A stretch of 64,000 nucleotides of DNA from an uncultured bacterium (GTDB lineage Bacteria; Hydrothermota; Tepidihabitantia; SM23-42; CAYGYG01), in NCBI GenBank assembly GCA_964354155.1, contig CAYGYG010000007.1:49903-113902 (forward strand), in the 5' to 3' direction. Both the position numbers and the translations under genes were made by a program. The notes beneath the pieces were generated by a model, which saw nothing but the letters and a program-made list of their open reading frames with translations, made no database searches and was not told where the DNA came from. How positions within the stretch are numbered: position 1 is the first letter of the stretch; each line of letters opens with the position of its first letter. Of this stretch, positions 36,592 through 46,111 are shown in pieces.

Positions 36592-38004
36592 CTAGCTCGC
36601 CGGGCCTTTTGGTCTCAGGCGGGGTCCGGACGGCGTATCTTCGACCACAAAGCCAAGTCCATCGATTTCGCCGCGCACGGCGTCGGCTTCGGCGTACTTT
36701 CTCTGCTTGCGGAGCTGAGTTCTTCTCTGGGCAAGCTCCTGTGCCTTGTTCTCGTTCTCTAATGATTTGACCTGGAGCTTGTGCAGTTCGTCGATCCGCC
36801 GGGCCGAGTGTTTGAGGTCCAGTCCGAGCACCTGGTCCATTGTCTCAACTTGAGCCAGGACGTTTCCCGAGCGGGAATTGAATGTCTCAAGAAGGACCGC
36901 CAGAGCCTTGGCCGTGTTAAGGTCATCGGCGATGGCCTCATCAAAACCGGGGGTCGGTTCTCGTGATGACCGGGCCGCGGTAGGCATCCCAAGGCCAGCG
37001 CATTTCTGCCAGAGTCGGACCAAGGTGGTCTGAGCCGAGCCCAAGGCCTCCCACGTGAAGTTGGATGGTTTTCGGTAGGAGCCGCCCAGAAAGAAGTAGC
37101 GGGCCGAAAGAGGATGGAATCCACGTTGTATCAAGTCGTCAACTGTGTAGAGGTTGCCGAGGGATTTGGACATCTTCTGACCGTCAACATTGAGGAATTG
37201 AGTGTGGAACCAGTATTGGACAAAACGCTTGCCGGTTGCGCCTTCGGACTGAGCGATTTCATTGGTGTGGTGAATTCTAACATGATCGATGCCGCCGGTG
37301 TGAATGTCAAACTGTTCGCCCAAGTACTTCATGCTCATGGCTGAGCATTCGATGTGCCAACCCGGGAAGCCTCGGCCCCAGGGGCTGTCCCACTGCATAA
37401 TGTGCTTGGGTTGGTTGGTCACCCAGAGCGCAAAGTCCCAGGGCTGCCGGCGCTCGGCATCGACCTCGACCCTGAGACCGGCCTGCTGTTCTTCAAGATC
37501 AAGTTGGGCAAACTTCCCGTAGTCCGGGAACTTCGATGTGTCGAAGATGACGCCGACTTTAGTTCGGTAGGTCAAACCCCGTTCTTCAAGCCTCTTTATG
37601 AGCGCAATCATGTCGGCAATGTGTTCGGTTGCACGGCATACGATGTGCGGCCTCAAGACGTTGATCAAGTCCATGCTTCGCCAGAAGTAGTCTTCGTAGA
37701 ATCGGGCAATCTCCAACGGGGGTTTGCCTTCTTTCTGAGCCCGGGCTTCGATCTTGTCGTCACCCGAGTCTTCGTCGCTGGTCATGTGGCCGACATCAGT
37801 AACGTTCATGACTTGCTTGACTCGGAATCCCGCATACTCGAGGGTGCGGCGCAGGATGTCGCTGTTCGTGTAGGCGCGCAGGTTGCCGATGTGAGTGTAA
37901 AAATAGACGGTCAAGCCGCAGCAATACATGCCGACCTGACCCGAGACAAGGGGGACAAATTCATCGACCCGGCGTGAAGATGTGTTATAGAGACGAAGAT
38001 TCAT
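36592..38004 (-). CDS. cysS: Cysteinyl-tRNA synthetase
   Basis: It has the HIGN (HIGH-class) motif and the KMSKS motif. The start is assigned to the internal ATG (MNLRLYNT...) that matches the family N-terminus. Confidence 0.9.
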   Translation of the reverse strand: MNLRLYNTSSRRVDEFVPLVSGQVGMYCCGLTVYFYTHIGNLRAYTNSDILRRTLEYAGFRVKQVMNVTDVGHMTSDEDSGDDKIEARAQKEGKPPLEIARFYEDYFWRSMDLINVLRPHIVCRATEHIADMIALIKRLEERGLTYRTKVGVIFDTSKFPDYGKFAQLDLEEQQAGLRVEVDAERRQPWDFALWVTNQPKHIMQWDSPWGRGFPGWHIECSAMSMKYLGEQFDIHTGGIDHVRIHHTNEIAQSEGATGKRFVQYWFHTQFLNVDGQKMSKSLGNLYTVDDLIQRGFHPLSARYFFLGGSYRKPSNFTWEALGSAQTTLVRLWQKCAGLGMPTAARSSREPTPGFDEAIADDLNTAKALAVLLETFNSRSGNVLAQVETMDQVLGLDLKHSARRIDELHKLQVKSLENENKAQELAQRRTQLRKQRKYAEADAVRGEIDGLGFVVEDTPSGPRLRPKGPAS

Positions 38005-38050
38005 CGGGCCCGCGTTGGCTTGCTTCTCGATACGAACAATCCGACTTGTC

Positions 38051-38998
38051 CTATTGGCCGAGATAGACGATTTTCCCGGTACGGGCGGCGGTGCCGGCTC
38101 GGGCTTGGAAAAAGTAGACGCCCGGTGTGACGCGGCGGCCGATGCTATTCGTGCCGTCCCAGTCGATGAGCGATGAGACAGCGTCAAAGGATTTGACCAG
38201 GCGGCCAGAAGCATCATGGATTTGCATTGAGAGTTTTCGGTCGGCAGCCCGGGGACCTAAGACAATGAACCTGGTTGTCTTACGGAACGGGTTAGGTGAT
38301 ACCAGAACCGACCACGAAGGGATCGGTGTTTCTTCGACCGAAGGATCCTGGACCCCAACGATACCACTGACTTTGTAGACCCAGCCGGTCCGGGAATTGG
38401 TGCTGAACCACAGAAAGCCGCCGCCGATCGCAAGGCCGGCGGAATTGGCGCGCTCGGTCGGATAGCTGTTGATGACGTTCATGTTGGCCGGATCGAGTTC
38501 ATAGATCGTCGTATTACCGCCTATCGCCCAGAGGTGGCCACCGTAGTATTCCAGGTCCTGAGGCCGCCAGCTGACATTGAACGTCGCCAGCACCTGGGTA
38601 GGGTCGTTGTAGCTCAGCCGATAGATCGCCTGTGCGTTCTGGTCTGAATGCCACAAGTCCTGACCATCATAGGCCATGCCGTAGGAATAGGATCCAGGCG
38701 ATGTCCAGGTGCCGACTGCGTTGCCGCTCGTGTCGATCTTATGGATTGCATTAGGATAGTAGCCGAGCCACAGATATGTACCATCATGGCCCAACCCATC
38801 CAGTCCGCCCGCGTACGATATCGTGGAAACAACCTGCATGTTGCTGGGGTCGATCTTGAATATTTGATCGACCGCATTCTCGCAAGCCCAAACATAACCG
38901 TTGCCAAAGGCGACTCCGTTGGCATAATCACCGACATCAACCGAGTCGACAATGGTGAAGTTAGCCGCAATCAGAACCAATGTACATAGTGCTGACAT
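38051..38998 (-). CDS. Secreted beta-propeller-like hypothetical protein with T9SS C-terminal domain
   Basis: It has repeated ~45-aa blades with conserved W/Y/G. The C-terminal domain matches the T9SS pattern (LVSPNPFRKTTRF...GVYFFQARAG...KIVYLGQ). Confidence 0.55.
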   Translation of the reverse strand: MSALCTLVLIAANFTIVDSVDVGDYANGVAFGNGYVWACENAVDQIFKIDPSNMQVVSTISYAGGLDGLGHDGTYLWLGYYPNAIHKIDTSGNAVGTWTSPGSYSYGMAYDGQDLWHSDQNAQAIYRLSYNDPTQVLATFNVSWRPQDLEYYGGHLWAIGGNTTIYELDPANMNVINSYPTERANSAGLAIGGGFLWFSTNSRTGWVYKVSGIVGVQDPSVEETPIPSWSVLVSPNPFRKTTRFIVLGPRAADRKLSMQIHDASGRLVKSFDAVSSLIDWDGTNSIGRRVTPGVYFFQARAGTAARTGKIVYLGQ

Positions 38999-39019
38999 AG
39001 AACCTCCTTGGTTGATTGA

Positions 39020-40069
39020 TTACTTCAGGGTACATACTCTTTTCAACTGCTTGATCTGCTCCGGGGTTCCGAAGGTGATCAGGGTATCGCCGGGCTGGAT
39101 TACCCGGTCTGGACTGGGATTGAACACCAGGCGCTCCTCCCCGGCCGGTTTGATCGCGGGGATGACGATGCCGATATTCCTCGATATCGCCGCATCGCGC
39201 AGGGTCGTGCCGGCCAGGTGACAGGCGTCGGCCACCTTCACTTCCTCCAGCACCACATTGACGACCTCACCGTGGAGGATCGCGTCGAGAAACGAAGTTA
39301 CGGTTGGTTTCAAGGCGGCCTCGGCCAGGCGCAGACCGCCGATCTTCTCCGGCGAAAAGACATAGTCGGCACCGGCCTTCTTCAGTTTGGCAATGGATCC
39401 GCCGTGAATGACCCGGGCGATAATCCGGAGTTTCGGATTGAGAGCCCGGGCGGTAAGACAGATATAGAGGTTGTCAGCATCGTCGCCCAGCACCGCGATG
39501 ATGCCTTGGGCCCGATCGATCTGCGCATTCTTGAGCACGTCTTCTTCAGCGGCGTTGCCGACTACGTAAACCACCCGGGGGTGATCTTCGGCCAGCTGCT
39601 TGAGGACTTCCTCATTACGGTCGACAATGACAAAAGGTTTTTTGGCCCGGATGAACTCGTGCACGACGTCTTCACCGACCGCACCCAGGCCGCAGATGAT
39701 AAAATGGTCCTTAATCCTAGCCAATCGCTGCTCCTTTCTTCGTTTCTTGACCGCTTCGCCAAAAGCGCCTTCGACGACCGAATAGAAGACAAAACTGGCG
39801 CTGGTCGAAATAGTCGCGATTCCAATCAGAATCAGGCCGATGGTGAACAGCTTGCCCGACGCGGACAGAGGTCTGACCTCGCCGAAACCAACGGTCGAGA
39901 TCGTGATGATCGTCATGTAAAGAGACTCGGTAAACGACCAGCCTTCAATGATATGATAGCCGAGCAGGCCGATTACGATCACCGTCGCAATCATTGCAAA
40001 GATGATGGCAAAACGTCGGTGGATCACCGCATGAGTATAGGGCAACCGCGGATACAAGTCAATAACCAA
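39020..40069 (-). CDS. Two-TM potassium channel with tandem RCK/TrkA domains (MthK-like)
   Basis: The selectivity filter TVGFGE is present. The RCK Rossmann motif IICGLGAVG occurs twice. Confidence 0.85.
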   Translation of the reverse strand: MVIDLYPRLPYTHAVIHRRFAIIFAMIATVIVIGLLGYHIIEGWSFTESLYMTIITISTVGFGEVRPLSASGKLFTIGLILIGIATISTSASFVFYSVVEGAFGEAVKKRRKEQRLARIKDHFIICGLGAVGEDVVHEFIRAKKPFVIVDRNEEVLKQLAEDHPRVVYVVGNAAEEDVLKNAQIDRAQGIIAVLGDDADNLYICLTARALNPKLRIIARVIHGGSIAKLKKAGADYVFSPEKIGGLRLAEAALKPTVTSFLDAILHGEVVNVVLEEVKVADACHLAGTTLRDAAISRNIGIVIPAIKPAGEERLVFNPSPDRVIQPGDTLITFGTPEQIKQLKRVCTLK

Positions 40070-40088
40070 CTGACCCCCGTAGCGGCGT

Positions 40089-40116
40089 AAAAAAAGGGCG
40101 GTCGTGAAGACCGCCC
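40089..40116 (-). terminator. Rho-independent terminator for the minus-strand PQQ-propeller gene (GGGCGGTC-loop-GACCGCCC then T-run on minus strand)
   Basis: An 8-bp GC stem is followed by a 7-nt T-run on the minus strand. Confidence 0.7.
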
Positions 40117-40147
40117 CGGAGGTTTGACTTGGCTCTGGTGGTTAGAA

Positions 40148-41608
40148 TTATTTATTGTGCTCGGAGTTGCCGCCCCACATATACCAGCCGTCGTCATTGA
40201 CATCGCCGGTATTGATGCAGTAGAGGTTTCCGTTGTCGCACGCGACAAAAACCATGCCCTTGGCAATGGCGGGTTGAAAGCTCACCGAACCTTCGACTTT
40301 TTCTTTCCACAGGAGTTTACCGCTGCGCTCTTGAATGCAGTAGACTTCACCGTTGCCGGAACCGAAGAAAAGCTTGTTGTTGGCCCAGGCCGGCGGGGCG
40401 AAGAAACGGCCGCCGATACCTTCTTCTTTTATATCGTATTTATTCGACCATATCTTGCGGCCGGTCTTGGCGTCGACACACTGAACCTCGTCGCCCATGG
40501 CGTTGTAGGCGCGGCTGTTCCTTACGACCGGTCTTGAACCCTGATACGCCCAACATCCCGCAACCGATGCCTGCCCGACATTGTCTTTTGCCTGGTTGAT
40601 TTTGGCGGTACTGGGTGCCGAACCGAAGCCGACACTGGCGTCAAGTTCGGCCTGGGCACTGGTCTTAGCTCCGCTCCGGCCGTGGACCAGGTAAGGGGCT
40701 TCGCGCCTGACCCAGAGGTCTTTCTGCTGCTGTTTGCCGGTCGCATTGTCGAGAGTGGCCAGGCCTTCATATTGCTTCACCTTGTCTTGGCCGACCTTTT
40801 CTGTCTGGCGCAGGCTGACGAAAACCTTGTCTTCGTATATCGTCGGCGCGCTGGTCGCTTGCTTACTGTCGGACCAGACCAGTTTGCCAGTTTCTCTTGC
40901 ATATCGATAGATTGTGCCGTCAAAGCAGGTGATGTAAACCGAACCCTTATCGATGATCGGCGCGGATATCAGGTCACCGGCGATCTTGACGTCCCAAACT
41001 GGCTTACCGTGCGCCAGGGTCATACAGGCAAGATGATGCGTGCCGTCGTTTCCCGGATAGGCCATGTAGACGTACTGATCATCCGCGGCCGGCTGGCTCA
41101 TCAAGGGATCGCCCAGCCATTTTTCCCAGACTTTTTCTCCAGTCTTCGATTTCAGGACGTAGATGATGCACGATTCGGTGTTGAAGACCACGTATCCTTT
41201 TCTGACGACCGCGGCGGTGGGACCATCGTCGCCCGCCTTGAACATCCAGGCGACCTTGCCGGTTGTTGCTTCAATGGCGTAGAACTCGTAACTGCCGTAG
41301 CCGCCGCCGACAAAAATCAGACCGTCTTCGTAGGCGACCGTGGCCAACGGCCGATTGCCCGGAATCGTCAGCTTCCAGCCCGAATGGCCTGAACCGAAAC
41401 GCATTCTCTCTGGTATAATCTTCTCGCCGGTGTCCGGTGAACGAGGGGATTGGACCACATTGCCCTGATTCGTCTGCTGTGGTTCGGCATTAACCTGTGC
41501 AAAGACAAGAGATGTTAATGATATTGCTAATGTGAGAATCTTAAAGAACATTGTTGTCTCCTTTTGTATGAATATACAGCACACCGGCCCGGATATTCCG
41601 TCGACCAC
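40148..41608 (-). CDS. PQQ-like beta-propeller repeat protein (BamB-like fold), secreted
   Basis: It has a signal peptide and eight or more repeats with the 'A.D..TGK..W' pattern. Confidence 0.7.
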   Translation of the reverse strand: MVDGISGPVCCIFIQKETTMFFKILTLAISLTSLVFAQVNAEPQQTNQGNVVQSPRSPDTGEKIIPERMRFGSGHSGWKLTIPGNRPLATVAYEDGLIFVGGGYGSYEFYAIEATTGKVAWMFKAGDDGPTAAVVRKGYVVFNTESCIIYVLKSKTGEKVWEKWLGDPLMSQPAADDQYVYMAYPGNDGTHHLACMTLAHGKPVWDVKIAGDLISAPIIDKGSVYITCFDGTIYRYARETGKLVWSDSKQATSAPTIYEDKVFVSLRQTEKVGQDKVKQYEGLATLDNATGKQQQKDLWVRREAPYLVHGRSGAKTSAQAELDASVGFGSAPSTAKINQAKDNVGQASVAGCWAYQGSRPVVRNSRAYNAMGDEVQCVDAKTGRKIWSNKYDIKEEGIGGRFFAPPAWANNKLFFGSGNGEVYCIQERSGKLLWKEKVEGSVSFQPAIAKGMVFVACDNGNLYCINTGDVNDDGWYMWGGNSEHNK

Positions 41609-41860
41609 CGGTCACTCAACCAGATCGTGCCCGGCTCAAAGGGCACTTTCTCAACAAGATGCACGGCGCGAACGACCCGGATGGCCAGGATCACCTGAAA
41701 GATCCAGTACAATAGACCTGTGACGGCCGCGGTTGCGACAAAGACTTTGAGAACGACCATTATTCTACGATTCTACATGATAGGGAACGAAAGTCAAGCA
41801 GCGCCGAAAATCTCCACATCACGGATTTCTGGTCTTTTTCAGAAATCGCTGCAAAACCAG

Positions 41861-41888
41861 TTGACGGCGGAGCAAAGGGCTTTATAAT
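41861..41888 (+). promoter_or_regulatory. Sigma70-like promoter (TTGACG-16-TATAAT) placed 5 nt before the ATG (leaderless transcript predicted)
   Basis: The -10 element is at 41883-41888 and the ATG is at 41894. Confidence 0.5.
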
Positions 41889-41893
41889 TAGGC

Positions 41894-43843
41894 ATGAAAA
41901 CTAAGATAATTCTGCCATTGTTTCTTGTTGCTCCGTTACTTTTTTCCGGCATTGACAATCTTCGCTTTCTTGGTCACAACGAAGTGAACCGGGCCCACCT
42001 TATGGACGCTGAGGTGGTGGGGACTCGCGCCTATCTCTGCGTCGGGATGAATCCCGGTCTTGAAGTCTACAACATTGCGAATCCGGCGAGTCCAACGCGG
42101 CTGTACCAGGCAGGACCGGCGGCCTGGCGGTGCTTTGCTGACCGTGACACGACGCTCTTTCTCTTCTGTCGGCGTGACGGTGTCATTCTCTATGATATCT
42201 CTGGCGCCGGCGCCCCGGGTCAGCTCGGGCAATACGATCCGCCCGGCAATCTCGAGGCGTTGGAGGGTGGAGATTTGATCGGCGATACCCTCTATTGTGC
42301 GGCGCACCAGAACGGCATCTATGCGATCGATATCACGAATCCCTCCAATCCGACCAAGGTCGGACAGATTTCGCTTGATACCTCTGCCGCCTGGAATGTC
42401 GAAGCCCGGGACTCGTTTCTTTTCGTCGCCAACGGCCGGTTCGGTCTCTCGGTTGTGGGCGTGCGGGGCGGCATGCACCTTATGTCGCGCCTGGCTCTGC
42501 CGGGGCTGGCCAATGACATCGTGCTCGACGGTAATGTCGCCGCTGTATCATTAGGCGGGCACGGCCTGGCTACGGTTGATATCAGCAATCCTCATGCCCC
42601 GGTTCTGCTTGACACGGCCATGACCGCGGGCGCGGTCTGGGGTTCAGGCATCACCGGCCATCAGGTTGTTACAGGTTCATGGTACGTTCTTGAGACCTTT
42701 GACGTCTCCGTCCCGGCCAACATCGTACGGACCGGCTGGGACAACACCAAGACTTTTGCCCACGGTGCCGACATCAGGAGTGACAGCTTGATCGCGATCG
42801 CCGATTGGCGCGGCATGTCTTGCTACCACATCGGTAGTGATCTGGGTGCCGATATCGATCTTGAGTTTGAGACTCTCGACTTCGGAGCGGTGCCGGTTTC
42901 GCGCGACACAACGGTTCTGGTGCGTAACACCGGTAGTGTGGCCCTTAACGTTACCTCGATTCGTGTTCCGGCCGGTATCTCGGCGACGCCCAATTCATTT
43001 ACGGTTCAGCCGGGCGACTCCGTTTCGGTACGGGTAACGGCGGCCGGTCCAGGGGCAGTCTCCGACACCATCATTTTCAACTCCAATGACCCGGATGAAG
43101 CCCGAAAACTGCAAGAAGTGTACAAGAATAACACGTCGTTTCCTCAATACGGTTCGATCGCACCCGACTTCACGCTCCAGGGGACCGACGGGCGGAGCCA
43201 CACCCTGTCCGCATATCGAGGCAAGGTTGTCTTTCTCCAGTTCGGTGGAGGGTGGTGACCGCTCTGCGGATCGCAGGCTGCGATCACCGACGGCTCGATT
43301 TTTTCACGCTATGACACTTCACGGGTCAGGATCTTTGAGATCGGTTCGAATTCCGGCGAACTCGCCGAATTCATTCAGGTCTTTGGCCAGCGCTACGTCG
43401 GCTTGACCGATAATATCGGGGTCTATTCAACCTACCGCGTGCCCCGGCCCGAGGCCCCTTACCCGCAAGACTACATCATTGATCAGCAAGGCATTGTCCG
43501 ATACTGGTCGGATGAATATGACCCGCAGAGAATAATCAAAATCGTTGACCGGTTGCTAGTAACCGGCGTAGAGGAGAATCCACGCGAAGTGGTCCAAAAA
43601 GGCCCAGAGCTCAGGATCTACCCGAATCCGACTCGTAACGCGGTCACCATTCAAGCAACAGGTTTGGCCAAAGGCGGATTTTCGGTCAGGATCTACGATT
43701 CCAGCGGACGGATGGTCCAGGACAATCACTTCGTTGATGACGGCAAGATGCCGTTGCGTCTGAAGTTGCCGGCCGGTGTCTATTTCGTCTGCATTGAATC
43801 AGCAGGAGTGTTAACCAGAACCAGCATGATTGTTGTCAAGTGA
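41894..43843 (+). CDS. Multidomain T9SS cargo: LVIVD-repeat beta-propeller + thioredoxin-fold (TlpA/redoxin-like) domain with candidate selenocysteine (TGA 43256-43258, W-U-P-L-C) + T9SS C-terminal domain
   Basis: LVIVD-like repeats are present (YAIDITNPSNPTKVGQ; ATVDISNPHAPVLL). ORFs 41894-43258 and 43403-43843 are in the same frame. Across the TGA the sequence reads ...IAPDFTLQGTDGRSHTLSAYRGKVVFLQFGGGW-U-PLCGSQ...PQDYIIDQQGIVRY. This matches the TlpA/ResA pattern APDFTL..DG....LS..RGKVV.LNFWASWCGPC...P..FLID..G.I with U in place of the first Cys. The C-terminal domain matches the T9SS pattern (IYPNPTRNAVTI...GVYFVCIESAGVLTRTSMIVVK). Confidence 0.6.
43269..43285 (+). promoter_or_regulatory. 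SECIS-like hairpin downstream of in-frame TGA (GATCGCA-GGC-TGCGATC)
   Basis: It has a perfect 7-bp stem and a GGC loop. The loop lies 18-20 nt 3' of the TGA at 43256. Confidence 0.35.
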
Positions 43844-43914
43844 TCGGCGATCGGTGAAAGCGCCGACATTCTAGCAGTTGTTGGCACATCACTGCGTTGC
43901 ACGACAGAAGAGGC

Positions 43915-43942
43915 TTGACTTCTGCTCGATTCTGGATATAAT
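43915..43942 (+). promoter_or_regulatory. Sigma70-like promoter (TTGACT-16-TATAAT) about 340 nt upstream of the 44289 ATG (long 5' leader)
   Basis: It has consensus hexamers. No ORF lies between it and the next gene. Confidence 0.45.
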
Positions 43943-44288
43943 TGATAACGTTGATGGGGGTGTGTGGTTCTGGACCAGGGAAGGTGCAGAGCCATGAGAA
44001 TGAAGACGAAGACGTTGGGAAAAGCGTAGTACCCATTCCTTTGTCCTTTTTCAAGACACCTTGTGTTTTCCCGCGGGTGAGCCGTTTTGTATTTGTTGAT
44101 GCCTGACTCTTGCAACGTGCCTGTCTTCGAATCACGCTATTTGCGGCGAATCGGAAACCTTGAATGATGAACACAGTAATACGAACAAGGGGCACCACGG
44201 ATATGGTTTGGTGTTCTAATCGAGCATTAAGGTGCCCGGTTAGGGCACGCATACGTAAACCTACGTTCAAGGATAAGGAGAAGAAAAG

Positions 44289-46049
44289 ATGAGACGATTC
44301 TTAATAGTGAGTCTTGTGTGTCTCTTTGCTGTGGCAATGGCTGAGGAATTCCCCTATGTTCCGGGAATGAAGGTGAACCTCGGTACTGGCGACGTCCGGC
44401 CCGATCAGGAGACCAAGGTGATGGATAGCTATACGGACCCAGTCTGGAAACATCTTGAGAAGATGACGCTGGTGGATCGCAAGAACTCACAGATAAATAT
44501 CGAACTCGAACCGCAGGCCAGCCAGGCGGCACTCGACTTGGCCCGTCAAATCGAGAATCTGTGGAACGGTGGGTCGTTCGAAGAAGCGCTCTCCCGTTTT
44601 CCGGAACTCGGTAATCTTACCGATGTTGGCCAAATGGCGATCGGCAATGCCTGGCGTGTACCCATCCCGACCTACACTCAGTCCAAATGGGGTCACGATG
44701 TAAGGGTCGGCAACCGTGATTCGGTTATGGGGACGCACCTTGACATTCATCGTGCCTCAGGCAACCTTCTCTCGGTGTTGCTGCTTGATGAACCGGGGAA
44801 CAACTGGCGTTGGACGATGAATCTGTCGACTAACGGCGGCGCGACCTGGATCGAGACCTACGATTGGTGGGCCAGTTTCGAGATCGACATCGGTGCAACC
44901 GTGCTGGCCAATCATATCTATGTCGGCTACGCTCATCAGACCTACGGACGGATCCGGCGTTGCCGTGCCAATAATGGCGCGAGTGAGAACTTCAACAACG
45001 GTCAGGCGTTCATTAACGTCTACACGACGACCCCCCCGGATTCGGTCAACGAAATCGCAATAACGGGCAACCAGGACTTCTTCAACAACCGCCTCTACTA
45101 TGTGTCACTGACCACACAGGGCAACCTTGCCTACTACTGGAGCGATTCAGGCGCGATCAGCTGGACCGAAGTGACGACCGGCGTCACCAACGGCCATCGC
45201 GGACTCGATGCAGCCTGCAATGAAGGATATGCGGACTATTTCCTGCTTGCTTCCTACATCAGTCAGCGGGACAGCGTCTATATCGACGGCCGTAGCAGCA
45301 CAGCCTGGACGCACTTTATCCGCTACCCGATCGGTTCACACTCGGTCTATGACTACACCGCAATCGGGGGCTGGCGCGATACGATTTTCGGTGTCTTCGG
45401 TTTTCGGGGCCCGGTTACCTATCATTGTCGATATCTGACTAACTACACGGCCGGCGGCGGCACATGGTTCTTCGGCAATATCGGCGGCGATACGACTACG
45501 ACCTCCGAATCGCCCGATGCGACCCTACGCGATGGCGGCGGCTGTGGCGTTGTTTACCGCTATTACACAGCAACGCGTCAGATGCGCTACACCTGGCGCC
45601 GCTATGCTGGTTCGTGGTCCACCCCTGTTTCGGTTGCTGATTACGAACCCTACTATACCAAGCCGGCAATTGAGTACCTGGGCAGCAGTGTCTTTGGCAC
45701 GGTCTATCATACCTGGAACACTCCATACCGATGGGCCTACTTTGATCGTAGCGATTGGATCGGTATCGACGAAGAGAATACCGCCCGATTGACTCAGCTG
45801 GGACATCTAGCGCCCAATCCGGCACGCCTGCTGACCAACCTGACTTACGCGTTGAAGAACGCCGGCAATGTGAAGATCGCGCTCTATGATGCGACCGGTC
45901 GGGTGGTGAAGACGCTGGTTAATGAGCAGATGAACGCTGGTGAGCACAATGTGCGTATCAGCGCGCAGGATCTGACGGCTGGTGTCTACTTCGTACGGAT
46001 GGATACACCAGATGGCATTTCGAGCACACCGATGACGATAGTGAAATAG
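44289..46049 (+). CDS. Secreted hypothetical protein with T9SS C-terminal domain
   Basis: An AAGGAG ribosome-binding site and a signal peptide (MRRFLIVSLVCLFAVAMA) are present. The C-terminal domain matches the T9SS pattern (LAPNPARLLTNLTYAL...GVYFVRMDTPDGISSTPMTIVK). Confidence 0.55.
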   Translation: MRRFLIVSLVCLFAVAMAEEFPYVPGMKVNLGTGDVRPDQETKVMDSYTDPVWKHLEKMTLVDRKNSQINIELEPQASQAALDLARQIENLWNGGSFEEALSRFPELGNLTDVGQMAIGNAWRVPIPTYTQSKWGHDVRVGNRDSVMGTHLDIHRASGNLLSVLLLDEPGNNWRWTMNLSTNGGATWIETYDWWASFEIDIGATVLANHIYVGYAHQTYGRIRRCRANNGASENFNNGQAFINVYTTTPPDSVNEIAITGNQDFFNNRLYYVSLTTQGNLAYYWSDSGAISWTEVTTGVTNGHRGLDAACNEGYADYFLLASYISQRDSVYIDGRSSTAWTHFIRYPIGSHSVYDYTAIGGWRDTIFGVFGFRGPVTYHCRYLTNYTAGGGTWFFGNIGGDTTTTSESPDATLRDGGGCGVVYRYYTATRQMRYTWRRYAGSWSTPVSVADYEPYYTKPAIEYLGSSVFGTVYHTWNTPYRWAYFDRSDWIGIDEENTARLTQLGHLAPNPARLLTNLTYALKNAGNVKIALYDATGRVVKTLVNEQMNAGEHNVRISAQDLTAGVYFVRMDTPDGISSTPMTIVK

Positions 46050-46065
46050 CGAACTCAAGCAGAAG

Positions 46066-46096
46066 AAAAGGGGCTGGCTCTGCCAGCCCCTTTTTC
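46066..46096. terminator. Bidirectional rho-independent terminator (AAAAGGGGCTGGC-TCT-GCCAGCCCCTTTTT)
   Basis: A 9-bp GC stem is flanked by A4 and T5 runs between convergent genes. Confidence 0.85.
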
Positions 46097-46111
46097 ATTT
46101 CTGTTCCGGTG

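Noticed and set aside
43325-43345. A GGTTCGAATTCC stretch resembles a tRNA T-loop and raised the question of a tRNA (for example tRNA-Sec) here.
   Set aside because: It lies inside the conserved redoxin coding sequence (EIGSNSGELAEF). No acceptor or anticodon stem can be built around it.
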